The position numbers and the translations under genes are program-made. DNA of 64,000 bases from Octopus bimaculoides (lineage: Eukaryota): assembly GCF_001194135.2 (NCBI RefSeq), contig NC_068999.1:47845783-47909782 (forward strand). Reading direction: 5' to 3'. Below, piece after piece: positions 12,795 to 25,290 of the stretch. Every line of letters begins with the position of its first letter. The stretch's first letter is position 1. Under the pieces are notes generated by a model that was not told the origin of the DNA, searched no databases, and saw only the letters and a program-made list of their open reading frames with translations.

Positions 12795-12985
12795 ATTTAA
12801 CTTAACATCCGTCTTCCATGCTAGCATGGTTTGACAGTTTTACAGGGTCCAATGAGTCAGTGGTCTGCATTGAGCTCCATTGTCTCTGCTATGGCATGGT
12901 TTCTATGGTTGGATGTCCTTTCTAATGCCAACCACTTTACAGATTATACCTGATGCTTTTTTACATGGCACCGACACTATTGAAG
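12795..12985 (-). mobile_element. SINE family C, diverged; other minus copies at about 11502-11675, 18565-18740, 24738-24965, 28465-28640, 37770-37960, 46525-46800, 52563-52740 and plus copies at about 20815-20905, 35040-35110, 40790-40990, 53440-53600, 61962-62190
   Basis: catcat..tttaa.gtc...ttccatgct.gcatg..ttgga...tttgac signature. Confidence 0.65.
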
Positions 12986-13155
12986 TCACCAGGTAACTCT
13001 CACGACAAACTTCTCCCCTTCAAATAAGTCAGGGTGTAGTAGAGAAGGGTGGAGGCACATGGCCTAGTGGTTAGAGCAGCAGTAATACAAAATTCCTTTA
13101 GAAATTTCTGTTTGATGCAATTTTTAAAGTTTTCTTCTTTCGTTCTGTTGTAGAT

Positions 13156-13358
13156 ATGGACACAAACAATGCTACTGACCATCATTATCACTTCAAGCCA
13201 CATGTCACAGATGGCAAGAGTTTTCTTAATCACTTGAACCCTAAAGATCAGACACTTTTTGTTGCTCTCATTGTAATGGCTATTGCAGTTCCATGTATAT
13301 TTCTTTCTGTGTTTGCTTTACTATGTATTCGAAAGCACAAAGAAAAGAAAGCTCGGAG
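13156..13358 (+). CDS. Coding exon A of an unrecognised single-pass membrane protein (MDTNNATD...TLFVALIVMAIAVPCIFLSVFALLCIRKHKEKKAR)
   Basis: Acceptor ttcgttctgttgtag| at 13153/13154, ATG at 13156, about 24-aa hydrophobic segment followed by basic cluster RKHKEKKARR, donor GAG|GTAAAT at 13358/13359 (phase 2). Confidence 0.75.
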
Positions 13359-13509
13359 GTAAATAAATTTTAAATTTCCCTTTTTAAAATGTTTAAAATT
13401 ATTATAATCAAAAATCCTCATCATTTAATATGTTTTCTGTACTGTTATGGTTGGATGGTTTGACAAAATAATCTACATGCTAAAGGGTTAATTATATTTA
13501 GAGTAGCAT

Positions 13510-13840
13510 TCTTCATTATTTGTAAAAATATTTACTGACTGGCCTTTGTAGGGTTTTCGAGCAAGATCGTTGCCAGTGCCCCTGGACTGGCTCTTGTGCG
13601 GGTGGCACATAAAAGACACCATTTCGAGCGTGGCCGTTTTTGTGCGGGTGACACGTAAAAGCACCCACTACACTCTCTGAGTGGTTGGCGTTAAGAAGGG
13701 CATCCAGCTGTAGAAACTCTGCCAAATTGGATTGGAGCCTGGTGTTGCCATCCGGTTTCACCAGTCCTCAGTCAAATCGTCCAACCCATGCTAGCATGGA
13801 AAGCGGACGTTAAACGATGATGATGATGATGATGATGATG
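13510..13840 (+). mobile_element. SINE family C ((GAT)n tail); similar young copies at about 39740-40210 and 49012-49180
   Basis: aaaagcacccactacactct.agagtggttgg...tcaccagtcctcagtcaaatcgtccaacccatgctagcatggaaagcggacgttaaa+gatgat is nearly identical in the three copies. Confidence 0.8.
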
Positions 13841-14133
13841 TTATACACTATAAAAAATGATGGGAAATGATGGGGTTGTGAGGCAAAGGAAAGGAAATGA
13901 CTTCAAGTTCAAGCAAGTATAGACTGCTGCAGAAAAAGATACTAAGGAAGGAGAAGGCTAAGCATTATATCACAGTTGTGATATATTGGTGTGTAATAAC
14001 TTATTTATTATGATGGGATGTAATCTTAACCAGGCATAGATAGCCTTTTTCTGAGAAGTGGGCTGCATGAGACATGGTTCACCATCAGAAAGGCCACATT
14101 ACTAACCAATGTTGTTTACCTTTTGCAAAATAG

Positions 14134-14346
14134 GTAGGCCATTCAGAAAGTCCTACAGGCTACAGTTTATTCCCGACTGGTCTAAAATGCATATGTGATG
14201 TATGCACTATTCTTGTTAGTTAAACATTACTCCAGCATAGGATAGATTTCAGTGTTGAATTTACTTAAAAGCTGTTCAGTGTTTAAATATTTTGCATCTA
14301 TAAGAGAAACCCCCAATCTTTTTATTGCACTCTTGGATGCGTAAAG
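14134..14346 (+). other. Candidate stop-containing cassette exon in the intron of the membrane-protein gene
   Basis: Branch-like ACTAAC at 14101, pyrimidine tract and AG at 14132-14133, strong donor AAG|GTAAGA at 14346/14347; inclusion gives ...ARR* immediately. Confidence 0.35.
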
Positions 14347-15167
14347 GTAAGAAATATTGTTATAATAGATACAACCCTACTATAAGGTTGTAGTCATTAT
14401 TTCTATAATGTTTCTCTACTGTCAAAAAGGTCAATTATTTTATTTGTATTTCTTAAAGATCAGTATCGTAAATGTTCTATTTTTAAATGATTTCATTGAT
14501 ATTTGAACTGGTTAATTATCTCTAATGAATGGCTGATGCCATCCTCTTAAGTGCCTTCACACATCCAATACATGTAATTTTAATAAGAGTGTGCAGGATT
14601 AAATCTAGAGAAAACAGAGCGAAGGAAAGGTCAATATCTACTGGATTGACGAAATGGTTGTTGGAGATAAATTTTTCAAAACGGCAAAGCGCGGATTCTG
14701 GTCCAGCAGATTAATGATGGATGAATACCATAAGTAAACATTTTTGTCAGAAGATTTACATGCCAGATACACTCTTATGTGAAGGGCATTTACCCATTAG
14801 CATGTAAACTAACTGTATCTGCCTTAAATATTCTACCTGTTTTTTTGTTCAAACTGGTCAGATCTGACCTCTCACACCTATCCTACAATGTCATTCTAAA
14901 AATAAACAATCATATCATCAACATCCTGAAGATACAAGGCAATGCATGGTAATTTGAACTGTGAAAAATTTCAAGCATTGAACAATAAATTGCTGTCCTA
15001 AACAGTAGAATATAAAGATGTTCCAGGAAGATGGAATTTTGATTTTCTGGAAAAGATTGACTTCATAGTATTCATAAAGATGTTTTCATGCTAATGTGTT
15101 GTAAACGTAGCCTTTCTAGGCTAATAATTTTCAGATGTTATTGTAGCTTTTGTTTTATTTGTTGTAG

Positions 15168-15252
15168 GGCGGAGATGTTGTTACATAATGCTCAGGGAAT
15201 TGCAGTTGATGATCCTCGACGACCAGAAATGATTACAGACCATCGATACTAA
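15168..15252 (+). CDS. Terminal coding exon B of the membrane protein ((R)AEMLLHNAQGIAVDDPRRPEMITDHRY*)
   Basis: Acceptor tttgttttatttgttgtag| at 15167/15168; phase 2 matches exon A and the frame stays open for 27 further codons to TAA; GC and CpG-richer than the flanking intron. Confidence 0.7.
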
Positions 15253-16354
15253 ATTGTAATTTTTAATTTCCACTTATAATACCATTGATATTGGTATGGA
15301 TATTGAAAAACATTTTTCTTTTATTTAAGACAATATAGAGATGATTCCACCAATCTGTTGTATGGCAGCTAAGGTTTCCACTTAACCAGTTGCATGTCAT
15401 ATGAACCAGGGCTCCCTATTTAAATTGACAAATCATTTGCTCTGAGAAGATGTTTCTGAAGTCAAAACAGTTGTATCATGAAGGAGTCATGGTAGCCATT
15501 GACAACACTTGTACTGTTACATCCACCACATACCGAACAATATGAGTGACCAGGCTGAAGATGTTCAACAAAATTTTTTGATCATAGTTTATTACTAATT
15601 GCATCCACATAGTTTCAGGTTCAGTCCTACTGTGTGGCACCTTGGGCAAGTGTCTTTTACTATAGCCCTGGGCCAACCAAACCAATGCCTTGTGAGTGAA
15701 TTTACTAAACAGAACCTGTGTGGGAGCTTGACCTGTCTATGTGTGTTTATATATATGTATATATGTGTGTGTGTGTATTATGTATGTATATGTATGTATG
15801 CATCATGTCTGTTTGTGTTTGTCCCTCTCCCACTGCTTGATAACTAGTGTTGGTCTACTTATGTCCCCACTTGGAAAACGACCCCAATAAAATTAGTACC
15901 AGGCTTTACAAAATGAAGTACTGGGGTTCATCTGTTCATCTGAAAACACTTTAGTGTGGCGCCCCAGCATGGCCACAGTCTAGTGACTGAAACAAGTAAA
16001 TGATAAAAGCAATAGCTAAACCAAAAGTTAATAATTTGTATGTGTGTGTGCTTGAAATGGCTACCATGATTTTACCGAGATGCAGTTGAAATAGTTATTT
16101 ATTAAAGCAAATTGTTTAACTGATTTCCAAGGATGTGTACATTTCCTATAGGTTAAAGTTCATATTCTAATGTTAATAAAACAAAAAACAAGGTGGTGGG
16201 GGAACAATATTCTGTAGATGCAAAGTATATTATTTAGGCTTTATATTAAAATAAATGGTAAACTGTATCAAATGACCGTCTAAGAAATAATCTGTAAACT
16301 TGTATTAGTTCTAGAAAAGATTGATATTGTAGACACATTATTCTGTAGCATTCA

Positions 16355-16812
16355 GAAAGAGAACCGTTATCATGCCGGGCGAAATGCTTAGTGGTATATC
16401 GTCTGGCATTACGTTCTGAGTTCAAATTCCGCCAAGGTTGACTTTGCCTTTCATCCTTTCGGGGTCGATAAATTAAGTACCAGTGAAATACTGGGGTTGA
16501 TGTAATCGATTAGTCCCTGCTCCCAAAATTTCAGGCCTTGTGCCTATAGCAGAAAGGATTATTATAATTATTATTATTATTATCATTATTAAGGTGGCAA
16601 GTTGGCAGAATCGTTAGCACGCTGGGTGAAACGCTTAGTGGCATCACGCTCTGAGTTCAAATGCCACCAGGGTTGACTTTGCCTTTCATCCTTTCGGGGT
16701 CAATAAAATAAGTACCAGTTGAGTACTGGGGTCGATGTAATTGACTTATCCCTTCCTCCAAAATTTCAGGCTTTGTGCCTAAAGTAGAAAGGATTATTAT
16801 TATTATTGTTAT
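16355..16812 (+). mobile_element. Tandem pair of SINE family B (tRNA-like head, (ATT)n tail); other copies at about 2895-3140, 34228-34445, 59540-59685 (+) and 33508-33650, 39285-39355 (-)
   Basis: ctgagttcaaat...gttgactttgcctttcatcctttcggggtc.ataaa.taagtaccag...gaaaggattatt occurs twice, joined at about 16590. Confidence 0.8.
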
Positions 16813-17432
16813 TAATTAAAATAATGCTTAATAGAATTCACAATTTCAAAAGTTTTGCTACATAGCATTGTGGAATAAATCTCATAAATTATATTGAAAT
16901 AGTTAACAACATTACATTAAGCAAATAATAATATTTTACTTGACAATTTACTCATCTTCCTCCCCACTCCCCTTCTCTCATTCACAGATATATATATATA
17001 TATATAAATATAAATATTTATATACTCTGCTCTTTGATTGCATTTATCAATATATGTATATATACATACATATATATATATATTCTCTACTTTTTACCGT
17101 ATGCCAAAAGTATGATTCTATATGCTAGCTAGAGACGGCAGTTGAGAAGGTGAGCTAAGAAGACAAACAACTAAGAAAGAATAAAAAGTCTTAATCTGAC
17201 AGTTCCAACAGTTCATTTTATCATTTGATATTTTTTTGTGAAATGTTTTCTACAAAAATGGAATCCTAGATTTATTTTAGATGTAGATTTTTAATTACAA
17301 ATCACTAAAGACAATATTATTATATAAACATATTTAATATATTGTAGTGAAAAATTTACATTTTGTAATGAGATTTGAATGTTATTGTTTTGGAATAAAA
17401 TATTATGCACAGTTTTGTCCTTTTTGTTTTAT

Positions 17433-18487
17433 TATTACCTCCGCCTTCGCTAAGGCGGAGGTATTGTTTTCAGCCATGTTTATTTGTTTGTTTGTCTATG
17501 GACAAGATATCTCAAGAACCACTGGATGGATTCAGATGAAACTTTCAGGGATGTTTGGCCTCGTGACTGGCACGAACTCATTAGATTTTGGGATTGATCT
17601 GGTACCAGACAAGGATTCTGGATTATTTGTTATATTTACTTTACATGAAGTATTACAATCTTATGTTGACTTTCAAGTCTTTCTCTGATTATCTCCCTTG
17701 AAAGCATGCTCATGGTTTCCACGTAAGCTATGGTAGTATTGCTGTTTCCAAATTTTTTATTTTCGTTTCTCTATTATTAATTTTACTTGCGTCTCTATTT
17801 TAGTAGAAACTGATGGATAAAGAAATCAAACTACATAAAGAAACGGCAGCAAAACCGTTCAGAAATTAAATAACACTAACATATTCAGTAACAATAATAA
17901 ATTTAATTTATTTTCAACAATTTTTAGTTTTACCAATTTTGAAGATATTGCTCCTGTTTAAAACCTCTTACCTACTTGACAATTGCATTTCTAGCTCTGC
18001 CTTGAAGGAAGCTTTACTTCTTGGACTCACATTTTTGTGCACAATGATGTTAAACCTCTGTTAACAGCACCGTATTCTGGTCCTTTCCATTTTCTTTCAT
18101 GCACAGATAAATTTTTCACTATTGACCTTAATGGTTGTAAAGACACTATATCAGGGGATAGACTAAAAAAGAGCTTCATAGAGAAAACTGTCCTTGTTCC
18201 CATTGCAGACAACACACACACACAGCGTTACAATGACAGCTTGCACACCCACCTTCACATTCCATGACTACCATTGGGATTGATCAGGTACCAGACAAGG
18301 ATTCTGGATTATTTTTCCGGTTTTTTTACTTAATTTTTGAGAGCAGTCAGGTTCATTTTTAGTATTCTCATTTATGAGAGCAGTTGAGTTTATTTCAGAT
18401 ATTCTCATTTTAAAAATCTACTCTGGCTAATCGTTGAGAGGATGTTGATGTTGCCTTGGTGGAGGTTTGCACTCTCTGAGTGCTCTT
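17433..18487 (+). mobile_element. Helentron/DINE-like non-autonomous element split in two (17433-17628 and 18274-18487)
   Basis: 5' hairpin acctccgcctt-cgct-aaggcggaggt; 3' subterminal gccttggtggaggt followed by palindrome gcactctctgagtgc; a 40-nt direct repeat at the two breakpoints. Confidence 0.6.
17990..18210 (+). mobile_element. Ty3/Gypsy integrase C-terminal relic
   Basis: WTHIFVHNDVKPLLTAPYSGPFHFLSCTDKFFTIDLNGCKDTISGDRLKKSF resembles the recalled Gypsy motif PYxGPFxV...TIxxNG..DTVSIDRLKPA. Confidence 0.75.
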
Positions 18488-20059
18488 CTTATTTTTATTT
18501 TCAGTTTCTAAAACAAATTTGAGTTCTATTTTTCTGGATGAAGTGTTCTTTAATTTTTCATTATCATCATCATTTTGATGTTCACTTTTCCATGTTTACA
18601 TGGGTTGAATGGAATTAATTGAGGCAGCTTTTCCATGGCCAGATATCCTTCCTGTCACGAACCCTCACCTATTTCCAAGTAAGGTAATAGTTCCAGTCAT
18701 GACTTGCATAACAGTGATGCTTGTTTACAGCTACCACACCATGTCAAAGCATGGAGACAGTAATACATACATGCACATGTATACTTATAAATATATATAT
18801 ATATATATGTATACTATCGGCTTCTTTCAGTTTCTGTCTACCAGATCCACTTATAAGGTTTTGGCCAGCCTGAGGCTGAAGAAGTTACCTTGCCCAAAGT
18901 GCCATGCTGTGGAACTGAACACAAAACCATGTAGCTGGGATGCAAGCTTCTTATCACATAGTTACATCTAAGAAAAATGTGTTCAGATATCAGAACAAAC
19001 TTGTTTTTTCATCATTTACCTTAATGGTTTTTGCTTAGGATATTAAGAGCATCACAAATTATAGAATTTTTTAAAAAAATCATCTCAAAGTTATTTTCTG
19101 TTTGAAAGGGGGGATAACCAAACTTTACAATCAGTCCAACTACCAGTCTGAATTTTGTTTATATTTAGTGTGTTATTCATGTATAATGTATACCTTTAAT
19201 TATTGCCTACAAAATCCTGTAATAGCTCTCATATAATTCATACCAACTTTCGTTAGTATAGTGTATAATCAGATTTATTACAACAGCTTAAGATATATTG
19301 ATAAAGTTCATGTTTCCTAATCAAAATATAAAGTAAATTGGAAAGTGACCTTAGAACTTTACCAGTGTATGCCATCAAAGGACATCTGCTGTAAAATTAA
19401 CAGTGTGGAATTCTCATAATCATTTTCTTTTCTAAACAAAAAAAATCAATTTATTCTCATATCTAATCTGATAAACATGGCTACCGAATCCCTGATGTAA
19501 TGCTTGCTCATTTCTATTCATGAATCTTGTACACCAGCCAAATGAAATATTGTATTTATTTGTGTCCATAGAAAACTTACAGCTGTCTATGGCTTTTTGG
19601 AAGTTGTCTAACAGCTTTATGATTAATAAGTCCAATCACATAATTTACATACCCAAGCATATAAATCTTTTTCCAGTGCAGCATATTTTTGATCTGGAGA
19701 CACAGTGTAGCATATTTTGATTTGACATGTTGGTCAGAGTATTTTTTTTTTTTCAGACAGCTCATCAATAGTTTTTCTGGAACAAAATTCACTTTCTCTT
19801 AATGCTATGAATGCAACATGTTCATCATACTCATAATATGCAACTTAAAAAACATCCTTGTAAGTTGAAGAATTGAACAATGGGTCTATCTCCAAACTTC
19901 ATGATGTTGGTAGAAACAGTGAGCATTTCTCCCATACATTACGGGTTGTGATCAATGAGAAGAAGAACAGGTAAAATAGTCACTTAATTATTTAAGTGAA
20001 TAGCAGAACTGGTTACAAACGTAGCCAGCAAAAGGCTCTGTTGCATAATTCCTCAATGA

Positions 20060-20490
20060 CAAATGACAACAAACTCTTCATCATGGCTGGTGACTTTAAC
20101 AAATATGTTGATCAGCACTGATTGATTCCAAGATGTATATGGAGGTTATGGTTTTGGTCCTAGAAAATAAAGAGCGTACATGAGTGTTGGAGTTCTGTGA
20201 TGATCTGCAACACTAACATCATGAAAGCAATCAACCACCTAATCATCTATCAATGTTGTGGGTACCCCAGCCAAATTGATATTCTCTCCAGAAAACTTGA
20301 TAGGCAGTTAGTCGTGAATGTGTAGTTGGGTGAAAAATGCACAGCCGAAAATAGGTTTGTGGTTTTTAACTTCAGACATAGAGCTAGAAAAATTCAGGGT
20401 CACAGACCGGTTTGGAAAAAGAAGATAAAGAAGCTTAAAGATCCATTGAACAGTCAGAAATTTAGAGAAGTATTAGTTGATGATGATGAT
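20060..20490 (+). mobile_element. RTE-type LINE endonuclease fragment
   Basis: IMAGDFN, GGYGFG.RN, LEFCD and SQID motifs in broken frames. Confidence 0.7.
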
Positions 20491-20583
20491 GGTAAATATA
20501 AACACAGTTCATGAAACAGCTCCCTGTCCTTCCAGCTTAGACTCTCGAAAAACATGCAAATGTGAAACTAGTCTCCTATGCTG

Positions 20584-20632
<49 letters not shown>

Positions 20633-21836
20633 CGTGTGTTTGTGTGTGTATACACACATACATAATGTCCTGGTAGGGTGTAAAAGTAGGGTATTTCCAA
20701 TGAAGCACTCAAGCTGAATTCTGAGCTCTCAACACTGCTGGATTCCAGACTAATACTGAAATATTTCAGATATAGAAAATACTGGTTTCACAACAGTAAA
20801 ACTGTTGTGAAGCCTGGGGAGCTCTTCATCTGGCCAGCACCTATCAAACCGTCCAACCCATGCCAGCATGAAAAACGGACGTTAAATGATGATAATGATG
20901 ATGATGATAAAATATGATCCAGATAATAAGACAAAGAATTCTACAATTAAAGATATGATTTTCTCTATTTGCATTTTTGATATATANNNNNNNNNNNNNN
21001 NNNNNNNNNNNNNNNNNNNNNNNNNNNNNNNNNNNNNNNNNNNNNNNNNNNNNNNNNNNNNNNNNNNNNNNNNNNNNNNNNNNNNNNNNNNNNNNNNNNN
21101 NNNNNNNNNNNNNNNNNNNNNNNNNNNNNNNNNNNNNNNNNNNNNNNNNNNNNNNNNNNNNNNNNNNNNNNNNNNNNNNNNNNNNNNNNNNNNNNNNNNN
21201 NNNNNNNNNNNNNNNNNNNNNNNNNNNNNNNNNNNNNNNNNNNNNNNNNNNNNNNNNNNNNNNNNNNNNNNNNNNNNNNNNNNNNNNNNNNNNNNNNNNN
21301 NNNNNNNNNNNNNNNNNNNNNNNNNNNNNNNNNNNNNNNNNNNNNNNNNNNNNNNNNNNNNNNNNNNNNNNNNNNNNNNNNNNNNNNNNNNNNNNNNNNN
21401 NNNNNNNNNNNNNNNNNNNNNNNNNNNNNNNNNNNNNNNNNNNNNNNNNNNNNNNNNNNNNNNNNNNNNNNNNNNNNNNNNNNNNNNNNNNNNNNNNNNN
21501 NNNNNNNNNNNNNNNNNNNNNNNNNNNNNNNNNNNNNNNNNNNNNNNNNNNNNNNNNNNNNNNNNNNNNNNNNNNNNNNNNNNNNNNNNNNNNNNNNNNN
21601 NNNNNNNNNNNNNNNNNNNNNNNNNNNNNNNNNNNNNNNNNNNNNNNNNNNNNNNNNNNNNNNNNNNNNNNNNNNNNNNNNNNNNNNNNNNNNNNNNNNN
21701 NNNNNNNNNNNNNNNNNNNNNNNNNNNNNNNNNNNNNNNNNNNNNNNNNNNNNNNNNNNNNNNNNNNNNNNNNNNNNNNNNNNNNNNNNNNNNNNNNNTT
21801 ATAGAAAACAATGTTTCATAATTGCCAGAACTTCCA

Positions 21837-21872
<36 letters not shown>

Positions 21873-22752
21873 ATTATATGTATTTATTTTCTCCTGATTA
21901 ATAAATAACTCGGACAAAATAAATTGGTTAATAGATACCAGGGTAGCAAAGATCACAAAATGACTGTAGTGTAACTCCTGTTTATGAGGTAGAAACTCCT
22001 TGTTATTTTGGGTACTTGAGTAAATATATAAATTTAGTAAATTGAGTAAAACGCATATGATAAATGAATTACATATATATATGTTACATATATGTTGAGC
22101 TGATCTCCATTGTCCAGCTGTTACAAACAGAGGTTTCAATAAATTGTATGTTACACGCCATTCCATAACCTCCCCCCTCGTATCTCATTTCTGTCTCTAT
22201 GTCCCCCTATATCTCTGTCCACCTGGCCCTCACTACATAGTTTGCTTTTATTCCTGTCTCTCTATTATCCACCTGACTGTCCCTTCCATTTGCACACTAT
22301 GAAGGTCTATGTCATATGGTTACGTGTACGTGTCTCCTTCCTCTCTCTCTCTCTCTTACATTTTTGTTGAAATATTTGTATTCACGTGTAAATCAAAATA
22401 CTTGTGTGGAGTTAAGTATACGTCTGTGTATGTAGATATGTGTGTTTTATCTTTGACTTGTTTCAGTCATTGAACTGCGGACATGCTAGGACATCGCCTT
22501 GAAGTGTGTTTTAGTCGGAACAAATTGAACCCATTACTCAACTTAAAGTCTGCTACTTATTCTATCGCTCTCTTTTAACGAACCCCTAAGTTACGGGGAT
22601 GTAAATAAAAATCAACACCAGTAGTTGTGTGGCAGGCACAAACACACATACACATGATGGTCTCTTTTCAATCTCCGATTACCATATCCACTCACAAGGA
22701 TTTGATCCACCCAGAACTATAGTGTAAGCGACTTGCCCAAGGTGCCAAACTG

Positions 22753-22833
<81 letters not shown>

Positions 22834-24989
22834 NNNNNNNNNNNNNNNNNNNNNNNNNNNNNNNNNNNNNNNNNNNNNNNNNNNNNNNNNNNNNNNNNNN
22901 NNNNNNNNNNNNNNNNNNNNNNNNNNNNNNNNNNNNNNNNNNNNNNNNNNNNNNNNNNNNNNNNNNNNNNNNNNNNNNNNNNNNNNNNNNNNNNNNNNNN
23001 NNNNNNNNNNNNNNNNNNNNNNNNNNNNNNNNNNNNNNNNNNNNNNNNNNNNNNNNNNNNNNNNNNNNNNNNNNNNNNNNNNNNNNNNNNNNNNNNNNNN
23101 NNNNNNNNNNNNNNNNNNNNNNNNNNNNNNNNNNNNNNNNNNNNNNNNNNNNNNNNNNNNNNNNNNNNNNNNNNNNNNNNNNNNNNNNNNNNNNNNNNNN
23201 NNNNNNNNNNNNNNNNNNNNNNNNNNNNNNNNNNNNNNNNNNNNNNNNNNNNNNNNNNNNNNNNNNNNNNNNNNNNNNNNNNNNNNNNNNNNNNNNNNNN
23301 NNNNNNNNNNNNNNNNNNNNNNNNNNNNNNNNNNNNNNNNNNNNNNNNNNNNNNNNNNNNNNNNNNNNNNNNNNNNNNNNNNNNNNNNNNNNNNNNNNNN
23401 NNNNNNNNNNNNNNNNNNNNNNNNNNNNNNNNNNNNNNNNNNNNNNNNNNNNNNNNNNNNNNNNNNNNNNNNNNNNNNNNNNNNNNNNNNNNNNNNNNNN
23501 NNNNNNNNNNNNNNNNNNNNNNNNNNNNNNNNNNNNNNNNNNNNNNNNNNNNNNNNNNNNNNNNNNNNNNNNNNNNNNNNNNNNNNNNNNNNNNNNNNNN
23601 NNNNNNNNNNNNNNNNNNNNNNNNNNNNNNNNNNNNNNNNNNNNNNNNNNNNNNNNNNNNNNNNNNNNNNNNNNNNNNNNNNNNNNNNNNNNNNNNNNNN
23701 NNNNNNNNNNNNNNNNNNNNNNNNNNNNNNNNNNNNNNNNNNNNNNNNNNNNNNNNNNNNNNNNNNNNNNNNNNNNNNNNNNNNNNNNNTATATATATAT
23801 ATATATATATATGCGTGTGTGCAATTATTTTTGCATATATATGTATGTATATTTATGTATCTCTTATTCAGTTTTTCATTCTTCTTATTTTTTTCTCACC
23901 TGTTTATACACGTTACACCCCACCATGTGTTTCACTAATTCTCTTTTTGTACTGGTGTTGTATTGTAAGTATTCTTTCACCAATTCTTTACTTATTCTTC
24001 TCTTCTTTCCTGCAACTGCCATGTTTTCTCTCCCTTTTGTTCCTCCTTCCTTCCTATGCAACAATATCTCGCACCCATACCCCTGCTTACACTTGAATCG
24101 CACCCTCCACATTCCTGTTGCCTTCCCTTTTACTGTACACCCACACTCACCTCACTTTCACACTTTTCTCATGCACTCTTACCATCACTTCACACTCCTG
24201 CCAACCTATGCCACTATACTTCTGCACTTGCACACCTCTGCACTTGCAGCCTCACACTCATACCCTCATACCTCTTTCAAAATATGGATACATTTCCGTA
24301 TGGCTTCCCCTCCACCCACTCCCAACCACATTCCAGCCTGGCTCCTGACCACTTTTCTGCTTTTTCACACTCCCTATGCTTTCCTTCTGATGAAGGACTA
24401 ATGTCTAAAATGTTAAGTCTCTCTCCATTCTTTTATTTGTTAGAACTTGTCTCCACCCCTGCGTCGTCTTTTTTCCTTTTTGGTTTTGTTCATTGCATTT
24501 ACATTAATATATGATTCAAATGTACAGAAAACAAAAGACAAGTGACGGAACAACAAGCAGGTGTATTATTTTGACACTTGGGAAGAGTGGAAAAGTCTTG
24601 ACATTTCAAACCTATGCTCTTCAATAGAAAAGGATGAGAGGGAGAAAATGGAGAGAGAAAAAAATGTATGGCGATTAATGGTTTGACATCATGAAATGAC
24701 CAACACATATATATGTTTATGCACATACATATACCATCATCATTTAATGTCCATTTTCCATGCTGGCATGAGTTGGATGGTTTGGCAGGAGCTGGCCAAC
24801 TGAAGAGCTGCCTAGGCTCCATGTCAGTTGTGGCATAGTCACTATGGCTGAATGCTCTTCCTAACATCAACCACTTTACAGAACGTGCTGGGTACTGCTA
24901 TGCAGCACTGGCATGGGTACTGTTATGTAGCACTGGCACATGTGCTTTCTACATGGCACCAGCACCCATAAGCACACACGATTAGGATC

Positions 24990-25290
24990 ACTCAGCTGAA
25001 GAGAGATGGTGGGGACATGCCTGAATACAAGGACAACCCTCGACTTTACTTAGCTTGACATGCCAAAAGTCTCGGTCCCTTCTCATCCCCTCTGTGAGGC
25101 CCAACATTTGAGGATCCTTTCTCACCACTTCATCCCATGTCTTCCTGGGTCTATCCCATCCACACAGTCCCTCCACAATTAGAGATAAGCATTTCTTGAT
25201 ACATCTGTCTTCATTCATATGCATTACATGACTGATGCCTGTCAGTGATTCCACTGCATCTCTTGTGTACCCACAGCTTACACTGGGTAC
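24990..25290 (-). mobile_element. RTE-type LINE C-terminal fragment
   Basis: HVMHMNEDRCIKKCLSLIVEGLCGWDRPRKTWDEVVRKD matches the RTE C-terminal GRPRKTW region. Confidence 0.75.

Noticed and set aside
16000-16045. ATG ATA AAA GCA ATA (MIKAI), resembling the AP3S N-terminus
   Set aside because: It continues AKPKVNN rather than L.FNNHGKPRL, has no donor and coincides with the SINE A tail (gaaacaagtaaa.gataaaag).
23811-24514. His/Pro/Leu-rich ORFs up to 196 aa, with mirror-image ones at 52884-53540
   Set aside because: Pyrimidine- or purine-skewed low-complexity sequence, stop-poor on one strand; adjacent to repeat ends, with no splice or motif support.
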